A stretch of DNA of 64,000 nt from an uncultured Pseudomonadota bacterium (GCA_964527595.1 CAZGPI010000001.1:81145-145144); one strand, 5' to 3'. Shown: positions 30,496-40,889, counted from the first letter of the stretch. Notes: generated by a model not told the origin, from the letters alone. A program made the numbers and translations.

Positions 30496-31266
30496 ATGGT
30501 TATTGGGTCAAAATTGTACCGCACTAAAACTTGTACAAACTCATTAATATGGGCACGTGAAAATCTTGATACCGCGCCAGATGGTTCTGTTTTCCTTGCC
30601 GATACACTAACTAATGCTTATGGGCGCCAAGGTAGAACATGGCACGTCCTTCCAGGTCAATTACTGATTACTATTCTCCTAAAGCCAAAATTACTCGGCA
30701 AATGTGGCCTTGATGATATTCCTGTCCGTTTGAACCAATTAAATATGGCATTGTCTGTTGGTATTGCCAAAGTGCTTGAACCATATGGTATTGGTATTAA
30801 ATGGCCCAACGATTTTGTAGTAAATGATAAAAAGGTTGGCGGGCTTTTGGCCCATGTTGTTTGGCAAAACAATTGGCCCGCGGGCATAATTATTGGATTT
30901 GGTATCAATGTGAATACCCAATTTACAATTGAAGATTCATTATATGCAACGGCAACCAGTTTATCCATGGTAACCGGACATGTTTTGGATATGCGAGAGG
31001 TTTACCATAAACTTTTGGCAAGCCTTGACGAAGCCTATACTTTATGGGGAAGCGAAAAATTTGACGAAGTTTATCGGCAATGGAAGGCGCGTCAATTGTG
31101 CCTTGGCAAACGATTAACGATACACAAAAAAAATGGTGTCTTAATCAGTGGGGTTATGTCCCAGGTTATGCCAAATGGTGATATGATGATGGCCGTTGAT
31201 GGCGCAGGGATTCAGATTATTCCATTTTGCGTGGTAAGTGATGTAAAGCCCGTGAGCGCTTCTTAA
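30496..31266 (+). CDS. birA: biotin--[acetyl-CoA-carboxylase] ligase (group I, no HTH domain)
   Basis: GRQGRTWHVLPG and KWPNDFVVNDKKVGGLL are present. Confidence 0.85.
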   Translation: MVIGSKLYRTKTCTNSLIWARENLDTAPDGSVFLADTLTNAYGRQGRTWHVLPGQLLITILLKPKLLGKCGLDDIPVRLNQLNMALSVGIAKVLEPYGIGIKWPNDFVVNDKKVGGLLAHVVWQNNWPAGIIIGFGINVNTQFTIEDSLYATATSLSMVTGHVLDMREVYHKLLASLDEAYTLWGSEKFDEVYRQWKARQLCLGKRLTIHKKNGVLISGVMSQVMPNGDMMMAVDGAGIQIIPFCVVSDVKPVSAS

Positions 31267-31287
31267 AACTAGATTTGATTATTTCAA

Positions 31288-31329
31288 ACAAAAGAGCCGA
31301 CGGTCTGAAAAGAAAGTCGGCTCTTTTGT
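31288..31329. terminator. bidirectional intrinsic terminator between birA (+) and sppA (-)
   Basis: acaaaagagccgac-(14-nt loop)-gtcggctcttttgt, with an A-run on one side and a T-run on the other. Confidence 0.7.
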
Positions 31330-31345
31330 TAATTTGAGTTATGTC

Positions 31346-32314
31346 TTATTGCAATGTCGGTTGGGAGCATTTTTGTTGCATAAGAAATTTGTTGTACACA
31401 TCGCTAGCAAAACAGGCAAAGCTTTCAGCAAGTGAGCTTTTTGCATCAATGCCATGTTCTTCATCGCTACCCAAAAGGCGCATAAGGCCAGTTACTTGTT
31501 TTGGCTTAATGAATTTGATTTCAGTTTCTTCATCGATATTAAGAAGTCGTTTCATTTCTGAAACACCATCTTGAAATGATCCAAGCTTATCAACAAGTTT
31601 AAGTTTTAACGCCTGATTACCGGTGAAAATTTTACCATTTGCCCACGCGGTCGATTCTTTTTCTGATATTTTCCTGCAAGTTGCAACATCCTTAATAAAT
31701 TGCTTATAGATGTCATCTGCTTGGCCTTGGAGGTAGGCTAATTCTTCCTCTGAAGCATCCTTTAATGGGCTGCCGGCTGTTTTATAAGCACCGGATTGAA
31801 TGTAGCTAAATTTGACCTTCCAACTGGAAAGCAAATCCTTAACATTGGGTAACGAAAGCAAAACGCCAACACTGCCAACAAGTGAAGATGGATTACAGAT
31901 AATCTGATTACCAGCTATGGCAATATAGTAAGCGGCCGAAGCGCATACATTTTCAACAACAATGATAACCGGTTTTTTTTCTTTGCATTTTTTTAATGCA
32001 CTAAAAATTGCTTGCGCTGTACCAGGCATTCCACCTGGCGATTCTATTTTGACAATGAGCCCTTTGATATCGGGTGATTTGGCATATTTTTCAATTTTTT
32101 TCTCATAATATGAAGCGTCAAGCAATACCCCTTTAATAGGCAAAAGGCCTATTTGAACCTTGGGGGAAAAGTTGTCTTCGATGAAGTTTTTGAGGCCACC
32201 AAATACGACTGGTGCAAATTGTAAAACAACTAACAGAAAGAAAATATTTTTAATATATTTGAAAAAAAGATCAGACCGTGATGGTTGATTTTGAGGTGTT
32301 GATTTGTCTTCCAT
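31346..32314 (-). CDS. sppA: signal peptide peptidase SppA (36K type)
   Basis: Motifs present are IESPGGMPG, CASAAYYIA, GSVGV and KLVDKLG. The track ORF extends to 32449 across the rubredoxin gene. The ATG at 32314 (MEDKST) removes the overlap. Confidence 0.85.
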   Translation of the reverse strand: MEDKSTPQNQPSRSDLFFKYIKNIFFLLVVLQFAPVVFGGLKNFIEDNFSPKVQIGLLPIKGVLLDASYYEKKIEKYAKSPDIKGLIVKIESPGGMPGTAQAIFSALKKCKEKKPVIIVVENVCASAAYYIAIAGNQIICNPSSLVGSVGVLLSLPNVKDLLSSWKVKFSYIQSGAYKTAGSPLKDASEEELAYLQGQADDIYKQFIKDVATCRKISEKESTAWANGKIFTGNQALKLKLVDKLGSFQDGVSEMKRLLNIDEETEIKFIKPKQVTGLMRLLGSDEEHGIDAKSSLAESFACFASDVYNKFLMQQKCSQPTLQ

Positions 32315-32330
32315 GAACAAGATCCTTTGC

Positions 32331-32534
32331 TTAAAATTCTTTAGTTTTGCTTTCAGGAAAATCGGGCACTCGGTCAGATTTTGTTTCCTGAAAAAGATCA
32401 GGCTTGACGCTGCAAACAGGACAGACCCAATCTGTTGGTAATTCTTCAAAAGGTATGATTATACCTTCTTGGTTTTTTTCTGCGCTTTCGTCATCATAAA
32501 GATAACCGCAGACTCCACATATATATGCTTTCAT
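32331..32534 (-). CDS. rubredoxin
   Basis: CGVCGYLYD...DWVCPVCS provides two CxxC pairs with rubredoxin spacing, in 67 aa. Confidence 0.85.
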   Translation of the reverse strand: MKAYICGVCGYLYDDESAEKNQEGIIIPFEELPTDWVCPVCSVKPDLFQETKSDRVPDFPESKTKEF

Positions 32535-32545
32535 TTCTATAATCC

Positions 32546-32995
32546 TTAAGCTGCATTGCTTAAAAAACCTGGAGCAAAATCGACATATTTACAACCACAA
32601 CGCTTGTTATTTTTTCGTGGATTTTTACTGATGATAGAAAGTTTGTTTTTCTCATGAGATTTGTAGATGATTTCTATGAGTTGATCCGGAGAATTTTGAT
32701 TTGAATTTTTGAAAGAATATTTTTTGCAATCTGGTTTCTTGCGGTAATCGACATAAGAGGTTTTGATAGATGCTTTTAGCGGATTTTTACCAACAACTTC
32801 ATAACGGCATGAAATACGATCGAGCGTTCCCTTATTTTCGGCAATCTGCTGGTTGATGTTTTTAAGTGCATCTTGAACAAGCTTTTGCTCAACAACAGAA
32901 AGGTCCGAGAGAACTTGACCGTCGATTTGCTGAATGCTAACAATGCCTAAAAAAAGTGCGGCTGTTATTAAGTGCTTGATATAACGTGACGTCAT
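32546..32995 (-). CDS. small exported hypothetical protein
   Basis: The ATG at 32995 is preceded by GGAGGG and gives MTSRYIKHLITAALFLGIVSI. The longer track ORF starts at a TTG. Confidence 0.5.
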   Translation of the reverse strand: MTSRYIKHLITAALFLGIVSIQQIDGQVLSDLSVVEQKLVQDALKNINQQIAENKGTLDRISCRYEVVGKNPLKASIKTSYVDYRKKPDCKKYSFKNSNQNSPDQLIEIIYKSHEKNKLSIISKNPRKNNKRCGCKYVDFAPGFLSNAA

Positions 32996-33254
32996 ACGCC
33001 CTCCGTTTTTACTATGGTACTCTAAGTACTCTTTTTGTTTTCTTTGCTTGCCGAACCACCATGGTTCGTTATCTGACCCCCACTCCATAATACTCAAATA
33101 GAAATATCTATGTTAAGTTTTTGAATAAATGAGGCATTTTTTGCGGTTTTAAGCTTTGTGTGGCCATCGCTTTAACCTTTACCAATGTATGCTAATGAGA
33201 CGGACTTGTCAAATGGTGGCATTGCTCTATTGGTGCGAGGAAAGATGTGAGTCT

Positions 33255-34136
33255 TTATTGTTCTATTGGAACGACAAGAGATACCCAGCGCTTTTTGCTT
33301 TGCATGTCCTTGTGAATCGTGTGTTCAGCTATATGCAATTCGCTTAGAAGTTGTTCAAGGTATATATCTTGTGCCGGACCAACTTCCAAAATTACGTTTG
33401 GTACCGATACCTTCATTTGTGGTAATTTTCGTAAATATTTGGATGCATGCTGTAGTATTTGACGATAAAATATCATACCATTATCATCGCCAACCAAAGC
33501 GTCGCGGTCTTCCCAATTGCGAACATCGGTATCAAGTTGAGTATATTCATCGAATGAAAGGTATGGAGGATTACTCACGATAAGATGACATGTAAAGTTT
33601 GTCGGTAAATTTTCATAAAGATCTGAAGCAATAAAAGAGATATTTGTTAACTTGTTTATGTGCTTATTTTCATTGGCCAGTACAATCGCTTCTTGCTTAA
33701 GATCAACACCAATAATAGTTGTGCCTGAAAAATGTTTTGCGATCGCAAGGCCTATACAACCAGTTCCGGTACATAAATCAAGGACGGCAAACGTCTCAAT
33801 CCCCGATTTTTTATAGCAATCGATAAGCCAGGTTGTCCACTCTTCGGTCTCAGGACGAGGAATAAGCGTTGGCGGACGAACGTTTATAGTCAAACCGCAA
33901 AAGGGAACCGAGCCCAATAAGTATTGGAGCGGCTTGTGTTCTTGTACTCGTTGCATCACTAGAGCATCAAGCCGCTCAATTTGGGCTTGGCTAAGTGGTG
34001 CGGGGTTACTCAAGAGCCCGCTTTTGCTTTTATTGGTAACGGCCTCAACCAACCACCATGCCTCTTGTTCTGCAAGCATAGAATTTTCACAGGTAGGAAG
34101 AAGTTGTTGTATAAGTTGTTTGATATGTTTATTCAT
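33255..34136 (-). CDS. prmC: release-factor glutamine methyltransferase PrmC (HemK)
   Basis: DLCTGTGCIG is the SAM motif I. VSNPPY is the catalytic NPPY motif. Confidence 0.9.
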   Translation of the reverse strand: MNKHIKQLIQQLLPTCENSMLAEQEAWWLVEAVTNKSKSGLLSNPAPLSQAQIERLDALVMQRVQEHKPLQYLLGSVPFCGLTINVRPPTLIPRPETEEWTTWLIDCYKKSGIETFAVLDLCTGTGCIGLAIAKHFSGTTIIGVDLKQEAIVLANENKHINKLTNISFIASDLYENLPTNFTCHLIVSNPPYLSFDEYTQLDTDVRNWEDRDALVGDDNGMIFYRQILQHASKYLRKLPQMKVSVPNVILEVGPAQDIYLEQLLSELHIAEHTIHKDMQSKKRWVSLVVPIEQ

Positions 34137-34142
34137 GACTGA

Positions 34143-34736
34143 TTAGCCCATGAGAATTTCGTTAACAAAATTGGTAATGATTTGTAAGTTTTGCTTGAGC
34201 TTGCTGACGGTAAAAAGAAGCTCATTAAGCTTAATTGGTGCCGATGTTTTTTTTCCATCGCCTGTAGCTTTAAAGATTCGTGTTGTTAAGTCGGTAAGTT
34301 TTATTTCTTCATTACTAAGTTCACCCGCGAACACAATAACCGCACGATTATTATTTGGATATTTTTGAGAAAGTTCCTTTAATAATAAGGCTCGCTGTTC
34401 AGCTTTTGATGCCATTTTTTTTGTTTGTATTATTTCAACAAGGTCGCTGCGATTGCTCCAGTAGATATCTTTAATTTCTTTTTCTAATAACAAACCAGTA
34501 TCGGTCGTTTGGGACGATTCGAATGAAATGATCTTATGCATTGTACCATTTGCATCACGCTCAATTTTCGCCGATTCCAAAAGTTCTTTGATATTTGATT
34601 GTGGGGTATTTTGTGAAATTGTTTCAATTTTGTTACGCAAATTTTCAATTCTTGGCATAAAGCTACGCGCAAGTATTACTGACGGCATTATGGTAATTGC
34701 TGCAAGTATGAATATATTTACATTCTGATTCTTCAT
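34143..34736 (-). CDS. exported hypothetical protein
   Basis: The SD is AGGGAG and a leader follows (IFILAAITIMPSVILA). It is tightly packed between ftsY and prmC. Confidence 0.5.
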   Translation of the reverse strand: MKNQNVNIFILAAITIMPSVILARSFMPRIENLRNKIETISQNTPQSNIKELLESAKIERDANGTMHKIISFESSQTTDTGLLLEKEIKDIYWSNRSDLVEIIQTKKMASKAEQRALLLKELSQKYPNNNRAVIVFAGELSNEEIKLTDLTTRIFKATGDGKKTSAPIKLNELLFTVSKLKQNLQIITNFVNEILMG

Positions 34737-34754
34737 AACTATCTCCCTTACTGG

Positions 34755-35648
34755 TTATTCAAACAATAAATCGTGCACATATTCTTTGATGTCGAATGAT
34801 TTTACATCTTCGAGTTTTTCTCCAAAAGTTACATAAACAATTGGCAACTGAAGTTTTTCGGTAATAGCAAACACAACGCCGCCCTTTCCCGTCCCATCAA
34901 GTTTGGTGAGCACAAGACCACTCAGGGCCGTTGCTTCATGAAACAATTCTGCTTGGCGCAGTGAATTTTGTCCGAGCATCGAATCAATGATTATCCATGC
35001 GCTAACCGGCTCATTGGGGAGTTGCTTATCAATGATTTTGCGAATTTTTTCAAGTTCCTTCATGAGGTTAACTTTAGTTTGCAAGCGACCAGCCGTATCG
35101 ATAATAATATGATCAAAATTTTCATTTTTAAATTTTGCGCATGCATCAAAAATAACCGATGCTGGATCCTGATTTTCTTTACCTATATATACAGGAACAT
35201 TAACGCGTGATCCCCATTCAGCTAATTGCTGTGTTGCAGCCGCACGAAATGTATCACCAGCAACAAGGATAACTTTTTTGCCAGCCAGTTTGAGCATGTT
35301 TGCATACTTGCCGCCAAACGTTGTTTTGCCGCTGCCATTAATACCAACAAGCAGCACAATGCGTGGCGTAAGTTCTTGAGGTAATGCGGCCTTAAGATTT
35401 TCATTAAGAAGTTTTTCAAGCTCTTCTTTTGCTTGTTCAATCGTTGTGATTTTTGCCGATGCAATATCATTCGTTAATTGCGTAATTATTTTATTGGTCG
35501 TTGCAACGCCGGTATCAGCGGAAATAAGGAGCTCTTTAAGTTCGGTGATGAATTGTTCATCAAGTTTGTTACGGCTAAATATTGATACAACTTGGCTGGT
35601 GAACGTTGTATAAACTTTTTTAATTTTGTCTTTAATAAATCCAAACAT
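34755..35648 (-). CDS. ftsY: signal recognition particle receptor FtsY (NG domain only)
   Basis: GINGSGKTTF, DTAGRL and TKLDGTGKGG are present. Confidence 0.93.
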   Translation of the reverse strand: MFGFIKDKIKKVYTTFTSQVVSIFSRNKLDEQFITELKELLISADTGVATTNKIITQLTNDIASAKITTIEQAKEELEKLLNENLKAALPQELTPRIVLLVGINGSGKTTFGGKYANMLKLAGKKVILVAGDTFRAAATQQLAEWGSRVNVPVYIGKENQDPASVIFDACAKFKNENFDHIIIDTAGRLQTKVNLMKELEKIRKIIDKQLPNEPVSAWIIIDSMLGQNSLRQAELFHEATALSGLVLTKLDGTGKGGVVFAITEKLQLPIVYVTFGEKLEDVKSFDIKEYVHDLLFE

Positions 35649-35736
35649 GCCATCCCTACGTTTTTATATTTTGGCGCGATAAGCTTGTGCCAAGTATACT
35701 ATAAAACTTTAGCAAGGGGTAGCGTGATGCTAAATG

Positions 35737-36546
35737 TTACAGTTTGTCGAATGTTCTACCAAACCATTTGTATTGAAGTTGAGTGATGGTGCCATCGGCC
35801 TTTAATTCATCGACGATTTTTTTGACAGCCGACATTAATTCTGTGCGCCCTTTTTTTATGCACATACCGGCGCCAAAACCCCACGGTTCATCAAGCTGCA
35901 TTTTGAAGATTTTCACGTCAGGATCTTGCCGATGAAAGAAATCTGCACGAAATTGGCCCGCAAAAACAATAAGGGCTTTGCCACTTTTGATCTGCGATAA
36001 AAGGTCATTTTCGGTAGCAACCGATATGATATTTTTGATTCCATAATCTTGAAGAACAAAAAACCAAGAAGAGTTTTTCAGAACGCAGGCAAATTTATTT
36101 TCGGTCTCTAATATTTTTTTGAGGTCATGAATAGATTTAAAATTTTCTGGGATATTTTTCCACATAACGCCTGTTAAGTATGAGTGCGACACACCGTACA
36201 GATGTATCATATCAACGTCCTCCAAGCGCCTTTTCGTTATTGCCATCGAGTCACAGGTAAGGTCAATTTCTCCCGATTGAACGGCTTGTATTTCAGTGTC
36301 TTCGGTATATGTTTTTATAACGAGCTTGCGATTAAGTTTTTTCGCAATTTTTCTAGCGACTTCAATATCAAATCCATCAAAAAAGTTTTCTGGCTTCAAA
36401 ATTGTTGATGGCGGTAATCCAGAGCGTCTCATACCAACAATAAGTTTCTCTTTGTGCTTTTTAGTATATTTTACCAGAAATGTAATGCTTGAAATTGCTA
36501 CCAAAACAAGAGAAATAAGTAACCAAATTTTTGTCGTTGATCTCAT
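35737..36546 (-). CDS. membrane-anchored family-3 solute-binding protein (amino-acid ABC type), orphan
   Basis: DGFDIEVARKIAKKLNRKL...AVQSGEIDLTCDSMAITKRRLEDVD is typical of SBP_bac_3. The ATG at 36546 is preceded by AAGGAA, whereas the track start at 36618 is a TTG. No permease or ATPase is adjacent. Confidence 0.75.
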   Translation of the reverse strand: MRSTTKIWLLISLVLVAISSITFLVKYTKKHKEKLIVGMRRSGLPPSTILKPENFFDGFDIEVARKIAKKLNRKLVIKTYTEDTEIQAVQSGEIDLTCDSMAITKRRLEDVDMIHLYGVSHSYLTGVMWKNIPENFKSIHDLKKILETENKFACVLKNSSWFFVLQDYGIKNIISVATENDLLSQIKSGKALIVFAGQFRADFFHRQDPDVKIFKMQLDEPWGFGAGMCIKKGRTELMSAVKKIVDELKADGTITQLQYKWFGRTFDKL

Positions 36547-36625
36547 GGATTTCCTTAAGGCTAAAACATTGAAAACGCAGCTTTTTCTGGAGTCTAAAGT
36601 GTCGTGTTGGTTTGTCAATAAACAT

Positions 36626-37201
36626 TTACTGTTTTTTGTACCAGGTTAGAAATTTTTGCAATGCGCGCAGTCTATATAAATATTTTTTTGCCTCCGGCGT
36701 GTCACGCAGTTGCGCATACGTTTGCGTCGAACCTTGAGGAATAAAAATTGCATCAAATGGTAATGTTGGTAGGGCATTAAAAGCTGCCGGCTTGATAAGC
36801 GTCCCGATGCATTCGCCTTCAAATATTTCGTAACTATTTGGGCCATCAATATAGACCATATAAAGAAGAAATTTTGCCGATTCTCCTTCTTCAATAAGTT
36901 TCTTAATCCCTTCAAAGCCCAAGCCTTGCCAAATGTATTTGGTCAGAGCGCCGGGAAATTTATTATATTTATCAAAATAGATTCCAGCATCATCAATTAA
37001 TAATGGCTTTCTGGCAAGATCCCATGCTCTTTTTGCCTTGTCAATTGCAATTGCTCGCTGGTCGGTTGTTTGTATTTCAGGAATATCGGCATCAAATTGT
37101 TTTATTGCTAAACTAGGTTCATGGTCGGCGATGAAATGTGCAACCTCTGCAAACTTTCCTTGATTGCCGGTGGCATACAAAATCTCTTTTAATTTTGGCA
37201 T
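36626..37201 (-). CDS. rdgB: non-canonical purine NTP pyrophosphatase (RdgB/HAM1 family)
   Basis: YATGNQGKFAEV, DDAGIYFD and FDAIFIPQG...TYAQL are present. The SD is GAGGAG. Confidence 0.85.
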   Translation of the reverse strand: MPKLKEILYATGNQGKFAEVAHFIADHEPSLAIKQFDADIPEIQTTDQRAIAIDKAKRAWDLARKPLLIDDAGIYFDKYNKFPGALTKYIWQGLGFEGIKKLIEEGESAKFLLYMVYIDGPNSYEIFEGECIGTLIKPAAFNALPTLPFDAIFIPQGSTQTYAQLRDTPEAKKYLYRLRALQKFLTWYKKQ

Positions 37202-37436
37202 AAGCTCCTCATAAATGTCTCTCAGGAATGACCAGGGCTGATCGTTTTTACTTCTTCCCTGGGAATGGGTATTGGCTACCTTTTCGTTCCGCTAATCCAT
37301 TATTGGTTTTAAAAATTGTGTTCGATGGCTTTGGTCAACATAGAAAAATTGAAGCAAAATGTAAAATATTGAAATGTGGGCCAAAAGATAACTATGATAA
37401 TTATAAGTCTATATTCTTTGGGGAAAGGGGGATTCT

Positions 37437-38222
37437 ATGATCGCTAATGTTTATGAAGCGCTTACTTCTACTTTGGCGGGCGGTAATGCGGCGGTGATTA
37501 TTGGTTTGGCGTTTATTGCCGGCGTGGTAACAAGTTTTACTCCGTGCTTATATCCGATGATTCCTATTACCATGGGCATCTTACAAGCACAAGCAACATC
37601 GTCGATATGGTCAAATTTACTCTCAGCATTTAGTTATGTACTTGGTATGGCAATGGTATATGCGAGTCTTGGATATATAGCGGCAACGACTTCGGTTATT
37701 TTTGGGCGCTGGGCAGCTAACCCATGGTTTATTTTCTTTGTTGTGGTCGTTTTTTTGTATCTTGCATTTTCGATGTTTGGGTTTTATGAAATATATATGC
37801 CATCTTTTTTAACGCATCAAACCGATGCTCCCACAAGGCGAAGTTCATTAGTCAGAAGTTTTTTATTTGGCATAATTTCTGGTACCGTTGCATCTCCATG
37901 CTTGACCCCGCCCTTAGCAATTTTATTAACATTTGTTGCAAAAAAAGGAAGCCCTATTTTGGGCTTTGCTACACTTTTTGCTTTTGCGTTGGGCATGGGA
38001 ATATTGTTAATGGTTGTTGGTGCATTTTCAAGTTCACTTTCCCTCCTGCCGCGAGCTGGAATGTGGATGCTTGAGATAAAAAAACTTTTTGGATTTGTAA
38101 TGTTGGGCATGTGTGTTTATCTTGTCCGTCCAATAATTGGTGATCTATGGGCAATGTATCTTTATGGTACGGTTGGCATAACGATGATTACTTATTATCT
38201 CGTAAAAATGCTGCGTCGATAG
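37437..38222 (+). CDS. ccdA: cytochrome c biogenesis / thiol-disulfide transporter CcdA (DsbD transmembrane domain)
   Basis: FTPCLYPMIP and ASPCLTPPL are the two conserved Cys-Pro motifs, set in 6 TM segments. Confidence 0.85.
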   Translation: MIANVYEALTSTLAGGNAAVIIGLAFIAGVVTSFTPCLYPMIPITMGILQAQATSSIWSNLLSAFSYVLGMAMVYASLGYIAATTSVIFGRWAANPWFIFFVVVVFLYLAFSMFGFYEIYMPSFLTHQTDAPTRRSSLVRSFLFGIISGTVASPCLTPPLAILLTFVAKKGSPILGFATLFAFALGMGILLMVVGAFSSSLSLLPRAGMWMLEIKKLFGFVMLGMCVYLVRPIIGDLWAMYLYGTVGITMITYYLVKMLRR

Positions 38223-38305
38223 CTTGATTTGTTTGAATTTTGTAAGAATAGCTGGTACCATGCATGTCTTCAGGTGATGGGATTTGTTTTTAGAAAGGGC
38301 TTTTC

Positions 38306-38920
38306 ATGATACGCGGACGCTATTTTTTATTCATAGTTTTTTTAGGGTTGAGCAGTGGTTCTATTTTTGCCATGGAGCGTGAAGTTGATTCATTACTCCC
38401 CGTCTACCAAAAACGATTTTGTGGTATTGTTAGCTTTTATTGTGGTGCGAAAGGCCGAATAGCAGTTGCCTCAGCTGAAGTCAAAACAGCAATAGCTGAA
38501 CGCGTAGAATCCTTGCGTGCCAGCATAAAGTTGAATGGGCTTCCAATTAGTGCCTTTGATTTGATTGTTAATCAAAAAGACGGCGAAGGAAGCAGTCTCC
38601 TTTCAAGCTCTTGTTTTTGGGGAAATCTTCCGGTTGTTCAGGCGCTTTTGGCTATCCCTGAAGTATGCGTTACAGAAAAAGATTTAGAAGCTGTACTTGC
38701 CGGCAAAAATGCAGCAATAGGACAACGACGCCTTGGCAAAACCATTAATCATGGCTTAGACAGTGATTATAGAGAAATCATTAAACTATTCATTCAGCAT
38801 AAAAACATTGATGGTTTTTCATTATCTGATGAAGCGCTGATAGCCTTTTCGTTTTTTTGTCCCAACGATTCGGATAAAAATTTTATCGATTCTTGTTATA
38901 GAATTTATCGAAGCAATTAA
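38306..38920 (+). CDS. exported hypothetical protein with degenerate ankyrin-like repeat
   Basis: A leader is present. GSSLLSSSCFWGNLPVVQALLAIPEV resembles one ANK repeat. Confidence 0.45.
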   Translation: MIRGRYFLFIVFLGLSSGSIFAMEREVDSLLPVYQKRFCGIVSFYCGAKGRIAVASAEVKTAIAERVESLRASIKLNGLPISAFDLIVNQKDGEGSSLLSSSCFWGNLPVVQALLAIPEVCVTEKDLEAVLAGKNAAIGQRRLGKTINHGLDSDYREIIKLFIQHKNIDGFSLSDEALIAFSFFCPNDSDKNFIDSCYRIYRSN

Positions 38921-39033
38921 GATAAATTTAATTATAAAATTGGGGCTTTCTTTGTTTCTTGCCAAATAAGGGGTTTTGGCTAAAATTAACAGCATGCAAC
39001 ACAAAATAATTATAGAAACCAAAGGAGCCATTA

Positions 39034-40812
39034 ATGCAGTTTTTCAAAAGAACTCAGTGGTGTGGGCAAGTGGCAGAGCCACTGCTCAATAAAGAAATTT
39101 GTTTATCAGGTTGGGTGCAAAAGCGCCGCAATCTTGGTGGGATTATTTTTGTTGATTTACGAGATCGAACCGGACTAATGCAATTGGTTTTTGATCCAAC
39201 ACATCACGCTGAAGTAACCGAACAAGCGCAAGCATTACGATCAGAATTTGTTATATCAGTTAAGGGAACAGTTGTTTTGCGTTCCACTGAAGCAATTAAC
39301 GATAAAATGCCTACAGGCCGCTATGAATTGCGCGTTGCTGAATTAGCAATTTTAAGCAAATCGGCCGTATTACCATTCCAAGTTGAAGATGATAATGTCT
39401 CAGAAGAGTTACGTTTAAAATATCGTTATCTCGATTTGCGCCGCAAAAAGATGCAAGATTTTTTACGCTTACGTCACGAAGTTATTTTTGCCATGCGTCA
39501 ATATTTTAACGACCAAGAATTTGTTGAAGTTGAAACACCAATTTTATCCAAAAGTACCCCCGAAGGCGCGCGAGACTTTTTGGTCCCTTGCCGATTACAA
39601 CCCGGAACGTTTTACGCGTTACCCCAATCTCCTCAAATTTACAAACAATTACTCATCGTCGGCGGACTGGAACGCTATTTTCAAATTGCACGTTGTTTTA
39701 GAGATGAAGCTTTGCGTGCTAACCGACAACCTGAATTTACGCAGCTGGACATCGAAATGTCATTTGTTGATGAAAACGATATTCAGTCAATTTGTGAAGG
39801 CATGTTTAGCGTACTCTGGAAGAAATTCTTACAGACTGAACTAAAATTGCCCCTTGTTCGTTATAGTTATGATGAAGTTTTTGGTCGTTTTGGATCAGAT
39901 AAACCAGATATGAGATTTGGCCTAGAAATAAAGGATATCTCATCCCTATTTGAGTCAACGGCCATTGGATTTCTTAAGTCCATTATTGAAGAAAATGGCA
40001 AAGTCGGATCTTTGTGTGTTTCAGGTAAGCATTTTAGCCGCTCTGAACTTGATAATATCTCAAATTATGTTTCAAAAGAACTCGGCGCTAAAGGCCTTTT
40101 GTGGATTCGCCGCAAAGAAGATGGAACTTTGGACTCTGCAATCGCAAAAAACTTGCCGGCAGATTTTTGGCAACAAGCAAAAATTGTTATTCCTGAGTTG
40201 ACCGATAGCGATACATTATTTGTCATCGCCGGACAACATGAAGATGCGTGGACAATTTTAGGCCAATTGCGCTTAACCTTGGGCAAGATGCTTAATTTGA
40301 TCGATAAGAATAACCATCAAATGTTTTGGGTTACCGATTTCCCTATGTTTGAATGGAATAAAACAGAGAATCGTTGGGAAGCAAAACATCATCCATTTAC
40401 GTCACCCCAAATTGGGTGGGAAAATATGGCGTTAGGCGACGTTAAAGCCCGAGCTTATGACTTAGTGTGTAACGGTGAAGAATTGGGTGGCGGGTCAATT
40501 CGTATCCATGACGCCGAAGTTCAGAGCAAGGTATTTAGTGCTATCGGTATTAATCCAGAAAGTGCCAAAGAAAAATTTGGATTCTTACTTGAAGCACAAA
40601 CCTTTGGCTATCCACCAGATGGGGGAATTGCTTTTGGTATCGATCGTTTAATTATGATGTTGGCCGAAACCGATTCAATTCGTGATGTTATTGCATTTCC
40701 TAAGACAACAACTGGTTCATGTTTGATGATGCAAACGCCGGCACGCGTTGATGCGGCTCAACTTAAAGAGTTGTTTATCGAAAGTCTGTGGAAAGAAAAA
40801 AAGAGTGAGTAA
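39034..40812 (+). CDS. aspS: aspartyl-tRNA synthetase (bacterial type)
   Basis: Class II motifs are present: FYALPQSPQIYKQLL, RCFRDEALRANRQPEFTQLD, GGGSIRIH and GIAFGIDRL. The SD is AAAGGAG. Confidence 0.95.
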   Translation: MQFFKRTQWCGQVAEPLLNKEICLSGWVQKRRNLGGIIFVDLRDRTGLMQLVFDPTHHAEVTEQAQALRSEFVISVKGTVVLRSTEAINDKMPTGRYELRVAELAILSKSAVLPFQVEDDNVSEELRLKYRYLDLRRKKMQDFLRLRHEVIFAMRQYFNDQEFVEVETPILSKSTPEGARDFLVPCRLQPGTFYALPQSPQIYKQLLIVGGLERYFQIARCFRDEALRANRQPEFTQLDIEMSFVDENDIQSICEGMFSVLWKKFLQTELKLPLVRYSYDEVFGRFGSDKPDMRFGLEIKDISSLFESTAIGFLKSIIEENGKVGSLCVSGKHFSRSELDNISNYVSKELGAKGLLWIRRKEDGTLDSAIAKNLPADFWQQAKIVIPELTDSDTLFVIAGQHEDAWTILGQLRLTLGKMLNLIDKNNHQMFWVTDFPMFEWNKTENRWEAKHHPFTSPQIGWENMALGDVKARAYDLVCNGEELGGGSIRIHDAEVQSKVFSAIGINPESAKEKFGFLLEAQTFGYPPDGGIAFGIDRLIMMLAETDSIRDVIAFPKTTTGSCLMMQTPARVDAAQLKELFIESLWKEKKSE

Positions 40813-40840
40813 CTAAAAACATTTTGTTATATATTTGTTA

Positions 40841-40889
40841 TCAAAACAAAAGAGCGGGCATTTTTGAAATGCCCGCTCTTTTGTTTTGA
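40841..40889. terminator. bidirectional intrinsic terminator between aspS (+) and 40910-42220 (-)
   Basis: tcaaaacaaaagagcgggcattt-ttg-aaatgcccgctcttttgttttga is a 23-bp stem flanked by A/T runs. Confidence 0.75.

Noticed and set aside
32315-32449. N-terminal 45 codons of the sppA track ORF overlapping rubredoxin
   Set aside because: This is an ORF extension. The ATG at 32314 removes the overlap, and the extension has no SppA homology.
37228-37440. 70-aa ORF in the rdgB-ccdA spacer
   Set aside because: It has no SD and no recognisable motif, and it ends overlapping the well-supported ccdA start. It is treated as noncoding, though the 235-nt spacer is long for this window.
38921-39033. T-box leader upstream of aspS (and 8484-8580 upstream of valS)
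   Set aside because: The spacers are about 100 nt, too short for a T-box. No AGAGA/GNUGGNA-type conserved T-box sequence is seen.
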